A stretch of 64,000 nucleotides of DNA. Source: Botryllus schlosseri (lineage: Eukaryota). Both the position numbers and the translations under genes were made by a program. The DNA lies in the NCBI GenBank assembly GCA_051294905.1, contig CM119375.1, positions 26,288,001 to 26,352,000 of the forward strand, given 5' to 3'. This document shows positions 52,201 through 58,909 of the stretch, piece by piece. Numbering within the stretch: position 1 is the first letter of the stretch; each line of letters starts with the position of its first letter. Under the pieces are notes generated by a model. The model was given only the letters and a program-made list of their open reading frames with translations. It did not search any database and was not told where the DNA came from.

Positions 52201-55200
52201 GAAAAAATCTTTTCTGTTCAACAGTAGCTTGAACTTATCAACTATCATTGCAGCTCGTTCAGCAAAACATAGAGGAATAGTCAGAGTCTTGAATTGCTGT
52301 TCCCTGTCAAGACTGCTCCAGTTCCTTTTAAGGTGGGCAAACCATGCATTCTCTGGTCCAGTTGTGGGCTTTCCAAATAAAGATTTCCAAACGTCTTTCA
52401 CTACCAGCTCATACACATGGTGCCGACATGCATGGTAGAACACCTTCCTTCCTAGAAGGTCTTCAAGAATCTTTGCCGCACCCTTCTTCCAGCCGCTGTT
52501 GCTTGCTGTAGTGTCAAAAACCAAAGCTGTTACAGCATCTTTTATATTCCAACTTTCAATTATGTTGAAAGTGGTTTCTGCTTGCGTCTGACCTGCAGCA
52601 TTTTGCATCTTTTGAATGCCAAGTAGTTTTCCTTCTGAGTATTGAGGATGACAAGATAGGACAATTGACAGAGCCTCATACCGATTTCCTAATCTATCCT
52701 CTGTGAGCTTTCCATCCCAATGAATAGCAACATGTTGAGGTTTATTTTCTGCAAATTTTTCTGAAATATCCTTGGAAATTTCAAGACGATTTGTTTCCCT
52801 GGCTCTCTTTGTCGAAGATCTTGACAGAGAGAACATTGCTATGTCACCGCCACAAGCCGTAATAAATGCTCCGATCAGCATTGTTGCCTTGTTGTCTGTT
52901 ATTTGCAATCGATCCAGAGCTTGGGACACATGGGTATTATTCATAATATTTTTAGGTGCCATCAGCTTAATGGCTGTCGAGGTGCCAAGACCAACATCAG
53001 CATCATAATCAGAACTTGAACTCAAACTATCACCCTCTTTTGAAGATGAAGAAGATGCTAAAACAACATAGTCATCACTTGAGTCATGTTGAATGTTTTT
53101 AACAGTTCTATCCGCCATGGTTGCTGTTTTCTTTTCGATGTCTTTAGCGAGAATCTTGTCTCTTCCCAACATTATGCATTTGCGAGATTGCTGTTGATCT
53201 TCATAGAATGCAATGTCTTCGAGCTTTCTATCATGTGATAGATAAATGTCATTTTGTATTATTGCTATCGCATCTGTACTTCCAATATCCCACAACTTGT
53301 CCAAATCTTCCGTGAATTTTTTCCTCTTACCCTTGGGATCACTTTCCCGTTTCATGGTCGCCTTCAGAAAAATATATTTTTTGTTCAGTTTTTCAAGTAA
53401 TTTCACCGCATTTCCTTTAAGTATTGTGGCAATTCTCGCCATTTGCCACACTGTCATGACATCATGAACCACCACATTACATAGCTCACGAGTAGGGGTT
53501 GACTGAGGGCAATGGTCTTTCAGATGCAGAAAGTAACTCATTACTTCTCGCAAGGTTGGTAATCTCGAGCCACAGATGTAATCGCAAGCATATCCGACCA
53601 AGTAATGCTCAGATCGAGATCTTGTTCTTCTCTGTGGCAAGTGCACAGTCTTCCGCCGTTTTGCCTCTGCCATGACAGTAATATTTTTGCCTTCTATCAT
53701 AAATTACAGCTACGCCTAAAACATTTAAGTAACAAGTGTTACATTACGACTATTAACTCACCAACCCACAATGCCCTTGTACATAACCACAACCACTACT
53801 AACAAAATCGACCTCATCAGAACAGAAAATGCTGCTGCAACTAAAACATTGATCAAGGAACAAGTGTTGCATTACAACTATTGATGCATCAACCCACAAT
53901 GCGCTTTACAAATTCCCGTCTCTACTAACAGACTCGACCTCCGCAAAACAGAAACTACTGCTACAACTGATACATTCGAAGAACCACTGTTACATTACTA
54001 CTATTGACTCATCAAACCACAACACGCTTTTACAGTATTACAGCCGTCACCAACAGACTCAGCAGCAGCAAAACCTACTCCTTCTGTCAAACACGGTGAA
54101 GCACCCAAATCAGAGCTGACAGCCGCCGTCATCATTGAAGCATAACCGATTACCCAATCAAGAATCGTGGTTTCGTCATTGCCCGCCTAGTTGCAATTTT
54201 GCCGTCGGTGGCCCGCCCACTCTTTGGCAGCTACTTTCAAACGCTTTGTAAGAAATCTTAACGACGTTCCTGAGAGCTTCTTTCAGGCTTGTTGATGTTT
54301 TTAATCAATAATCTATAGAATAAGACATTACAACGCAGCATTTTCGAAATTTTTCAAATTTTGGACAACCCTAATGACCACTGGTCATTGACCAGTGACC
54401 AGTCGCATACCCACTGACCGTCAATCAATGTGTATCACAAGGTCTGGTTGAGGAAAAATGAGTGGATTGTGAATATCCTGTTACCCGTAGCTGTGTAAGA
54501 GGGAGTGGAGTCTAGGGATGGAGCCAATCATAAAACCAAAACCGGCAGAACAGTAATAATATATTCACAGCATCATATTTAATGCAACAATTTCATGGGG
54601 TTTGACAGCAAAATTTGAAAAAAATACATTTTTTATAATAAATCCAAATTTTTCAAACTCAAGAGTGTTCACATCTACCAGTTATAATTGAGTCAAATTA
54701 GGAGGGCAGCATTTTTTTAAGCCATCTAACAATTCAATCAGCAAATCCCTGGAATCCGAAAAAAACAATACATTTTGAACAACCCTAAATTGCAAAGTCA
54801 TGTTTACTTGTCTCTATCACGTCACAAATGCAGAATTCATTCCATATTAACTTGAAAACTAATCAAGGATTTGAACTATGTTTGCTCTTAATTGCCATCA
54901 ATATGAAACCATTGATGTTTATTTCATGAAATTCAAACCATAGTTTGCTAGATAGAACAGTGTTGAAACAAATCTATGCACATTTACTGCACCACATAAA
55001 TGTCGATTGGGACATCAATTTTAATTGGCATTTTACCGAGATCTTTTCCCAGGTCTTTCACATTTTCAAGATCGTCTTCCATACTGAATGAAACGTCCAT
55101 GAGGTAGTAAAAATCCACTGGATAGACGGGAGGCTCTTGTACAGAGAAAGGTACTCGCACTGTGTCACCAACTCTGATTTTAACCTGAATATAAGAGATT

Positions 55201-58200
55201 GGTTTTAATCAGCACATATATTCATTAAACAATACATCATTAAGAAATCAAATTGCAACAGAAACACAAGCTCTTTCATTTAATTTGTGGAACAATATCC
55301 CTACAAGAAAGATTGACGTGATGATCCACAGTCATGCGTACTGCGGCTTAGCCACATCATAAGTAAGACGGATGGTATGGTATCTCAAAATTTATCTTAC
55401 AGGCCAAAGTTGCATTATAATGAAAATAAAGAACTCCTAGTTTATATCCTGATACAATAGTTGATCATGATAAAGCCAAGTAAAGTTTTGTTGCAAATTT
55501 TGAATTTCATAAAGATGGAAAAACATTCACAAATCATAATCATGAAGTGTAGCAGAAAAGTGTCAAGTGTGTGTAACATTTACAACTATTTGAGGTAGGT
55601 ATCAAGTGATCAAGATGAGTCATATTGCAATGTCGATTTCTATTTGATTAAATTAGCTTCTACAAACCGGTGTGAAATTTGACCTGTTAGATGATTGAAT
55701 CACAACTGCTTCTTAGTCTTTATAGTTCATAGATTGTCAAAAATAATTTTACAACACAACTCTACAATCCTGAACACTTGACACCTATTAATACTGGAAT
55801 ATTGGAAACAGCTGGCATTAACAACAATAGTTATCCCCCTGTGAATATATTTACCATCAATGGAATTGATATTTATCTTTGAGAAGTAAATGTTTACATA
55901 TTCACCACCGCATTGGAGAAATGTCAGTGGAATGTGTGAAATGACAAGGCCATCCCATGTCCCATCCACATGGATCTGATTAGGCCTATATGACATGAAG
56001 TAGCCTATGTGCCAAAAATTATCATTATCAAAATGCATGATGATATATTCAAAGGCATGGTTGAATCTCAGACAATACGAATTTCAAACAAAAAAAGACT
56101 GAACATGGATCTCTCAAAAAATATTTTCATTTTAGCTGGACACTGGGCAGTGGACATGTATCAGCTTGATGGTCAGCATCGAATAGGACCAAGTGCTAAT
56201 AGCATGAACCTATCAGTATACAGTAACAGTATCCATGACTTGCTACGAACATTTCAAAAAAATATGCAGCTATCCAATGGTAATGATCATATCATCTGTT
56301 GAAATATGGCACCATTTATTAGCAATAGTCAGTGCGTTGAAATAGACAGGCATAGTGCACGAGATTTTCATGCACTGAGTAACCCAAAATGATAAGGTTG
56401 GATGATCAATGCACACATTGCAAAGTATTGTCAACACAAAATTACCTCAACAGAATTTAGCTTGGTAAGGCTGAGTTTTAGAAGTGAATTTGGGTGATAC
56501 TCACTTCTCCTGAGCTGAAGCTGAATCGCCTCAAGGAGGAATCATCAGCATTCGACTCCATGGATACAGAAGATTTGACAGAATATAACTCTGACTCGTT
56601 GCAGTTCTTCAATTTCAATTCCCCTTCGATATCGCATCGGGATCCAGAGTAGCTCTAAATAATGAAGTACAGTAACATTCATATTAACTGTGTGTGAGGG
56701 GTAGTTTTGGACAGTTTCACATTAAATTTTGAATTCTACACTGACATTCATATAATGATACATGTACCATATTTTATTGCAATTTTTCATTGTAGAATCA
56801 ATTGGTATAGAACAGGGATATATCACCGTCTTTATATATCCAGTGGTATAGCCAAGATGCCAAAATCTCCCTCTAAATGTTCGAATCGAGCACTAGACAT
56901 CATTTGATGTTACCACTACCTCATAAGGGCTAGTCTTGACGCTGTGTATTTATTGAAAAAGTTTCACCCCAGATAAATTGTCGTCCACTTTATATTTCCT
57001 GGTATCTGGTAATAGTGGTAATGAATAAACTCATTAGCATGATCAGGGGTGGACATTGGACAGCAACAAAGTACTTTGACTCTTTGGGCATTCATTTGTC
57101 ACTTCCATTATCATTTCATTAATTTCTCCACTGTAATTTCTCTAAATTAGACTTCATGTCTTCATTTATTTGATCAAGTTCAAAGTGACTTTCAGATTCA
57201 TCTATTCCTTTTTAATTTGAAAAATGACTGGTCAAAATAAAGTTCTAATTCTGAAATTGCATGCGCGGGGTTATCAATTTAGGTTACTCATAAAAATTTG
57301 TCTTGCTATATTGAAATTTGACGTAGACCATTAGCAAAAAAGTCATAATACCTCACAAAAGTTTATTGGTTTAGTACCTTTCTAAGCCTTGGCACTTGTA
57401 TACTAATGGTATATGAGTAGGATTTGGCATGATAACTTAAATTTCCATTGCAACAGCATCAATTTATACAATGAGAAACAGTATATTATGAAGATTAGGA
57501 GATTAAGAAATTTTACATGCTTTAATATTCGATGGGGGGGGGCATTGCTATCCGTAGACTTGGTATGTCTGTATAAATTATATAAGCTTCAGTTCCTGTA
57601 ACCACGAATTTTAAATGTGATCATGTGGCAAATGGATATCTGTGCCAAGATCACTATCTTCTGTGGTATGCTGAGACTTTGGTTTTAATCCCAGGCAGCT
57701 TCTTGCTGGCTGCATAGAACAAATAGTTGACATTCTTTCGCAAAAGGTGTAGCTGCCTTAATTCATTACGGCATTTAACCTATCCCGCCAAACCTTGATA
57801 TTATGTAGCTGTTCAGTATATTTTACAGCAAATCTGATTGCAAGGAAGCCTTCGTCCTCATGTTTTGATTTATTCACATTGATGTGGCTTTAAATGATTC
57901 CTGTGGCAGATCCAAGCCTATATCAATATTGATGTATTGTTATTGAAATTCCACAGGCATTGAGTCTCTCTTACTTCCACTCTCTCTCTCTCTCACCCCT
58001 TACTTAACTAAGTAACAGCTCACAAGCATCTAAGTTGCTTAATCATGATTGTCTAAAATAAAATTGAGGAAAATAAGACTAGGCGTGACCAGAAATTTTA
58101 CATTTTGAGCACACCAGGAGCACGCGGGATGTGCTCTGATACAGTCCGATGGCCGTTTGGCTAGAACGCAGACTGAAGATGCATTTGCAGCAGAGTAAAA

Positions 58201-58280
58201 TGCTGCGCCTCCTCCTCCTGATGATGAAGCAGATGAAGCGTACATCCATCCCGATCCGCCAGTGCATTGATCTTTTTGTT
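150..58280 (-). CDS. ITGB4-like: Multi-exon integrin beta subunit (beta-4-like) with a cytoplasmic array of at least 20 Calx-beta domains; partial (first exon not found, 3' end beyond the left edge of the window)
   Basis: 59 exons in transcript order: 58280-58102, 56654-56505, 55184-55037, 49041-48915, 47512-47338, 46421-46276, 43838-43721, 43145-43043, 41845-41481, 40939-40784, 39094-38965, 38483-38348, 37787-37583, 37049-36899, 35535-35410, 34674-34486, 33840-33718, 33469-33388, 32542-32378, 31994-31840, 31168-30975, 30638-30449, 30303-30182, 29695-29524, 29301-29146, 28924-28739, 28163-28005, 27037-26852, 26453-26362, 25716-25552, 25429-25246, 24607-24414, 23376-23229, 22400-22234, 21681-21513, 21310-21149, 18521-18354, 17964-17800, 17209-17042, 15972-15733, 15086-14922, 14685-14545, 14004-13804, 12723-12520, 12226-12089, 11608-11490, 10803-10676, 10167-9959, 8902-8693, 7753-7569, 7082-6914, 6180-5982, 5293-5157, 4521-4370, 3449-3349, 2926-2751, 1836-1597, 1257-1096, 317-150. 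Every junction is GT-AG with matching phase; total 9720 nt. Integrin beta identity is near certain; the beta-4 assignment rests on recalled motif similarity. Confidence 0.92.
1597..2847 (-). CDS. Calx-beta 19 (D-like)
   Basis: [35 protein letters not shown]...[19 protein letters not shown]...FQVVLNSP...[16 protein letters not shown]. Confidence 0.92.
2215..2734. mobile_element. GACTC-family MITE, diverged copy in reverse orientation
   Basis: Starts CAGGGTTTTAACCAAGTCACAAGG (reverse complement of the 36743 end) and ends ATATCCCTG; GAGTC arrays; no clear TSD. Confidence 0.8.
2848..4521 (-). CDS. Calx-beta 18 (D-like)
   Basis: [16 protein letters not shown]...[17 protein letters not shown]...[18 protein letters not shown]...[12 protein letters not shown]...CSVSIEND. 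Confidence 0.9.
3970..4245. repeat. Foldback-like dispersed element with about 55-bp imperfect inverted arms
   Basis: The left arm TTCAATAAACAATTGAATAATATATTG...CCGAATATTTC mirrors 4190-4240. The core GTCAGGGGT.AT.GTCAGCAACTAGTAGAGA recurs at about 15244 and 60968; arms recur at about 15170 and 24270-24340. Confidence 0.65.
5157..6180 (-). CDS. Calx-beta 17 (E-like)
   Basis: [12 protein letters not shown]...VAVPVVRTG...[41 protein letters not shown]...[22 protein letters not shown]. Confidence 0.92.
6272..6660. repeat. Dispersed family with CAGACTTG.ACAACTAG...CTAGTTGTC.AAGTCTG ends and AATTAG arrays
   Basis: Collinear copies at about 6272-6660, 7106-7488, 26496-26826, 28310-28620 (partial) and 18783-21112 (reverse, split by the 18902-20860 element). 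Shared core CTCCTGCAGCATTTTCAGGAAA. Confidence 0.75.
6914..7753 (-). CDS. Calx-beta 16 (D-like)
   Basis: [38 protein letters not shown]...[18 protein letters not shown]...[27 protein letters not shown]. Confidence 0.92.
8693..10079 (-). CDS. Calx-beta 15 (E-like)
   Basis: [11 protein letters not shown]...LPIVREG...VTVCY...[35 protein letters not shown]...[15 protein letters not shown]. Confidence 0.9.
9384..9925. mobile_element. Non-autonomous element with TAGGGTTGT termini (possible relative of the hATm-like transposon)
   Basis: TAGGGTTGTTTCAAA...TTTTTTAACAACCCTA. Related ends and internal sequence occur at 44101-44587, about 5597 and about 54787. No clear TSD. Confidence 0.65.
10080..11608 (-). 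CDS. Calx-beta 14 (D-like)
   Basis: [17 protein letters not shown]...[17 protein letters not shown]...[19 protein letters not shown]...[21 protein letters not shown]. Confidence 0.9.
10923..11255. mobile_element. hAT-type MITE (GTATG/CATAC-rich family), 333 bp
   Basis: Termini CAAGGCATAGTAT...ATACTATGCCCCG; 8-bp TSD GTTTCAAG on both sides; tandem GGTAT motifs. Confidence 0.9.
12089..12723 (-). CDS. Calx-beta 13 (D-like)
   Basis: [36 protein letters not shown]...TITFKDGE...[27 protein letters not shown]. Confidence 0.92.
13276..13718. mobile_element. GACTC-family MITE, diverged copy
   Basis: CAGGTTTGCAATCACTCGAGTC...GTGACTTGGCTACGACCTTG; collinear with the 36160 copy. Confidence 0.8.
13804..14685 (-). 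CDS. Calx-beta 12 (type B)
   Basis: [14 protein letters not shown]...[41 protein letters not shown]...[14 protein letters not shown]...ILNNDI. Confidence 0.92.
14922..15972 (-). CDS. Calx-beta 11 (type A, with Ser/acidic loop insertion)
   Basis: [28 protein letters not shown]...YET[insert][22 protein letters not shown]...[13 protein letters not shown]. Confidence 0.85.
17042..17964 (-). CDS. Calx-beta 10 (type E)
   Basis: TVVRHG...[39 protein letters not shown]...[15 protein letters not shown]. Confidence 0.9.
18354..21310 (-). CDS. Calx-beta 9 (type D; two exons separated by a TE-filled intron)
   Basis: [14 protein letters not shown]...[17 protein letters not shown]...[16 protein letters not shown]...[20 protein letters not shown]. 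Confidence 0.9.
18902..20860. mobile_element. Long (1959 bp) non-autonomous hAT-type element of the GTATG family, with about 1.65 kb of internal sequence
   Basis: 20-bp perfect TIR CAGGGCATGGTATGGTATGG; 8-bp TSD CCTGAAAA at 18894-18901 and 20861-20868. The ends match the two ends of the 10923 MITE in reverse orientation. Confidence 0.9.
21513..22400 (-). CDS. Calx-beta 8 (type C)
   Basis: [11 protein letters not shown]...[10 protein letters not shown]...[18 protein letters not shown]...[14 protein letters not shown]...[13 protein letters not shown]. Confidence 0.9.
23229..24607 (-). CDS. Calx-beta 7 (type B)
   Basis: [74 protein letters not shown]...[15 protein letters not shown]. Confidence 0.92.
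24670..25217. repeat. Dispersed composite family with CAGACTT ends and (CTAGAA)n arrays
   Basis: Related copies at about 31272-31730, 45838-46140, 47590-48277 (reverse) and 39500-40750 (reverse, split by the 39661 element). Shared motifs ACAGAACAC..GTATCA.GATTCA and GGCGTAGCCAGGGG. Confidence 0.7.
24743..24819. mobile_element. 77-bp Charlie-like hAT mini-MITE nested in another repeat
   Basis: CAGTGGTTCTCAAC...GAACCACTG; 8-bp TSD ATCTAACC on both sides. Related CAGTGGTT-type ends occur near 26300, 28267, 49312, 50130 and 50400. Confidence 0.85.
25246..26453 (-). CDS. Calx-beta 6 (type A, divergent, with loop insertion)
   Basis: [34 protein letters not shown]...; ends [10 protein letters not shown]; the N-terminus closely matches Calx-beta 1. 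Confidence 0.75.
26852..28163 (-). CDS. Calx-beta 5 (type E)
   Basis: [10 protein letters not shown]...ATLLVSRK...[19 protein letters not shown]...[19 protein letters not shown]...[15 protein letters not shown]. Confidence 0.9.
28739..29301 (-). CDS. Calx-beta 4 (type D)
   Basis: [13 protein letters not shown]...[17 protein letters not shown]...[16 protein letters not shown]...[18 protein letters not shown]. Confidence 0.9.
29524..30491 (-). CDS. Calx-beta 3 (type C)
   Basis: [25 protein letters not shown]...[51 protein letters not shown]...ATISIIEDD. Confidence 0.93.
30492..31168 (-). CDS. Calx-beta 2 (type B)
   Basis: [70 protein letters not shown]...[14 protein letters not shown]. Confidence 0.92.
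31840..33840 (-). CDS. Calx-beta 1 (type A, with about 70-aa loop insertion)
   Basis: [30 protein letters not shown]...[insert]...[21 protein letters not shown]...VELYN...[13 protein letters not shown]. Confidence 0.85.
34486..34674 (-). CDS. Transmembrane exon and membrane-proximal cytoplasmic segment
   Basis: [62 protein letters not shown]: a hydrophobic helix, W-R at the membrane boundary, a Cys cluster and a DRxE motif. Confidence 0.95.
35410..39094 (-). CDS. Integrin I-EGF1 to I-EGF4 and beta-tail domain (5 exons)
   Basis: [27 protein letters not shown]; CSNRGVC..RCLC...GQYCEC; CSNRG...[14 protein letters not shown]; [14 protein letters not shown]...GATCATC; CPTC..IQECIQC..FGTG....CDEYC; C....[11 protein letters not shown]. 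Exon 37049-36899 is not shown in frame in the ORF track. Confidence 0.95.
36160..36743. mobile_element. hAT-type MITE (GACTCGAGTC-rich family), intact copy
   Basis: Termini CAGGGTTGT...ACAACCCTG; 8-bp TSD GTCCACAC at 36152-36159 and 36744-36751; many internal GACTC/GAGTC motifs. Confidence 0.92.
39661..40542. mobile_element. Tc1/mariner (pogo/Tigger-like) non-autonomous element inserted at TA
   Basis: Imperfect TIR CCGTAATGTTCCAAGTATAG versus CCATAATTTTCCATGTATAA with TA on both sides. Removing it restores the host repeat unit AGTTCTAGTTGCGGGGTTTGAA. There is an internal duplication (GCCAAAGCCTGCGAGGT..., about 39903 and 40037). Confidence 0.7.
40784..41845 (-). CDS. Second half of hybrid domain, carrying a Gly/Ala/Ser-rich insertion (2 exons)
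   Basis: Exon 41845-41481 (365 nt) and exon 40939-40784 fit in phase between betaI and I-EGF1. VTGLTTKEK|VLYDLYL matches the hybrid strand that normally reads C.GL.IGD.V.F.V. Confidence 0.85.
42142..42559. mobile_element. TTAA-targeting MITE (Kolobok- or piggyBac-type), 418 bp
   Basis: 18-bp perfect TIR AGGGGCACTGCACTCTAA flanked by TTAA at 42138-42141 and 42560-42563. The superfamily assignment is inferred from TTAA plus a purine-start TIR. Confidence 0.85.
43043..55184 (-). CDS. Integrin betaI (VWA-like) ligand-binding domain (6 exons)
   Basis: [19 protein letters not shown] (MIDAS DxSxS plus ADMIDAS DD), [84 protein letters not shown]. Confidence 0.97.
51373..53700 (-). CDS. hAT-like (hATm-type) DDE transposase, 775 aa, intronless
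   Basis: Uninterrupted ORF with motifs LPTLREV, IHWDGK (D), [11 protein letters not shown] (D), ACRHHVYEL (CxxH), HHARWM and [12 protein letters not shown] (E). An AATAAA lies on the minus strand at 51291-51296, downstream of the stop. Confidence 0.93.
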   Translation of the reverse strand: MIEGKNITVMAEAKRRKTVHLPQRRTRSRSEHYLVGYACDYICGSRLPTLREVMSYFLHLKDHCPQSTPTRELCNVVVHDVMTVWQMARIATILKGNAVKLLEKLNKKYIFLKATMKRESDPKGKRKKFTEDLDKLWDIGSTDAIAIIQNDIYLSHDRKLEDIAFYEDQQQSRKCIMLGRDKILAKDIEKKTATMADRTVKNIQHDSSDDYVVLASSSSSKEGDSLSSSSDYDADVGLGTSTAIKLMAPKNIMNNTHVSQALDRLQITDNKATMLIGAFITACGGDIAMFSLSRSSTKRARETNRLEISKDISEKFAENKPQHVAIHWDGKLTEDRLGNRYEALSIVLSCHPQYSEGKLLGIQKMQNAAGQTQAETTFNIIESWNIKDAVTALVFDTTASNSGWKKGAAKILEDLLGRKVFYHACRHHVYELVVKDVWKSLFGKPTTGPENAWFAHLKRNWSSLDREQQFKTLTIPLCFAERAAMIVDKFKLLLNRKDFFTRDDYKQCVTNALALLGADEDIRHHKPGAAHHARWMGTILYAQKMFMWADQLDYKSEEVELLRRFNLFLVLFYIPAWVDSSIGRDAAGNDLRFVQHMLSYKEYDEQVSTAASRKLLKHDWYIVEETAVYALFSPTESKETRENMAKALLQVERTSSFRRGPPSLNATIQINKDSTLSDLIGPQSWYIFEVFECSGDWLRQPVDDWHFSDSFNKMNCYVSSVKVVNDAAERGVKLSTDYAAILTDNEQQRDSLLQAVEQHRKIFGDSRKSTLIKGQ
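53731..54090. repeat. Three diverged direct repeats of about 125 bp inside the transposon, upstream of the transposase
   Basis: Units start AACAAGTGTTACATTAC (53731), AACAAGTGTTGCATTAC (53859) and AACCACTGTTACATTAC (53982). Each is followed by similar CCACAA(T/C), CTAACAGACTC and CAAAAC(A/C) motifs. Confidence 0.8.
56505..58280 (-). CDS. Integrin beta PSI domain and start of hybrid domain (2 exons)
   Basis: Exon 58280-58102 reads [60 protein letters not shown]. Exon 56654-56505 reads [23 protein letters not shown]...[13 protein letters not shown]. This is the PSI Cys pattern (C..C...HP.C.WC...RC......C). Confidence 0.9.
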
Positions 58281-58442
58281 CTAGATGATGGAAGAGTTTG
58301 AAATGACATCACATGTACAAATAAATAAATACAAAGTTATTGAATTTTAATAATGTTCGAAAATTTCAAAATATTTATAGCAATTAGTCGTGGATGAGAC
58401 GTAGCCTTCTATTCTCAGTTCAACTTCTGTATAAGGTTTTGG

Positions 58443-58909
58443 CAGGATTGTAACGACAAAGTCGAGATTGTTTCAGTTACTCGACTTGACTCGAGTCATT
58501 TTCATGAATACGAAAAATGACTCGACTTGACTTGAGTCAATTTCTGCACTGTCCCGACCTGTACTCGAGTCATTGTTGATGACTGGGTCAATTCATACGA
58601 CTTGTGATTCGGATGACCAAGACAGGCATTTCATTGAGACTTCGAAAAATAGTAAAGTTACCACATTATTTGTATTTTGTCTATGTGTACTGACACTTGA
58701 AAAATTAGGATGTTTGAGGAGTATTTCTATATTATGAATGAGAGGAATTCGATATAATCCAAGCAGAGTTGTAAACGAGTGAGTTGGACTCAGACTCGAC
58801 ACTCAGCGCTTTGAATCGTACGTGGACCTCGGACTTAACTTGGGGGGAATTGATAATGACTCGATTTGACTCAAGCGACTCAGAACCTTGTCAATTGGTT
58901 ACAACCGTG
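58443..58909. mobile_element. GACTC-family MITE, diverged copy
   Basis: CAGGATTGTAA...TTGGTTACAACCGTG; internal GACTCGAGTCA motifs collinear with the 36160 copy. Confidence 0.78.

Larger units (their letters stand above)
50670..54373 (-). mobile_element. Intact autonomous hAT-superfamily DNA transposon (hATm-like) in an intron of the integrin gene
   Basis: Perfect 144-bp TIRs (50670-50813 and 54230-54373) begin TAGGGTTGTCCAAAA. An 8-bp TSD ATGACCAC lies at 50662-50669 and 54374-54381. The element encloses a single 775-aa transposase ORF. Confidence 0.95.

Noticed and set aside
51641-53467. Several plus-strand ORFs within the transposon
   Set aside because: These are antisense shadows of the transposase ORF.
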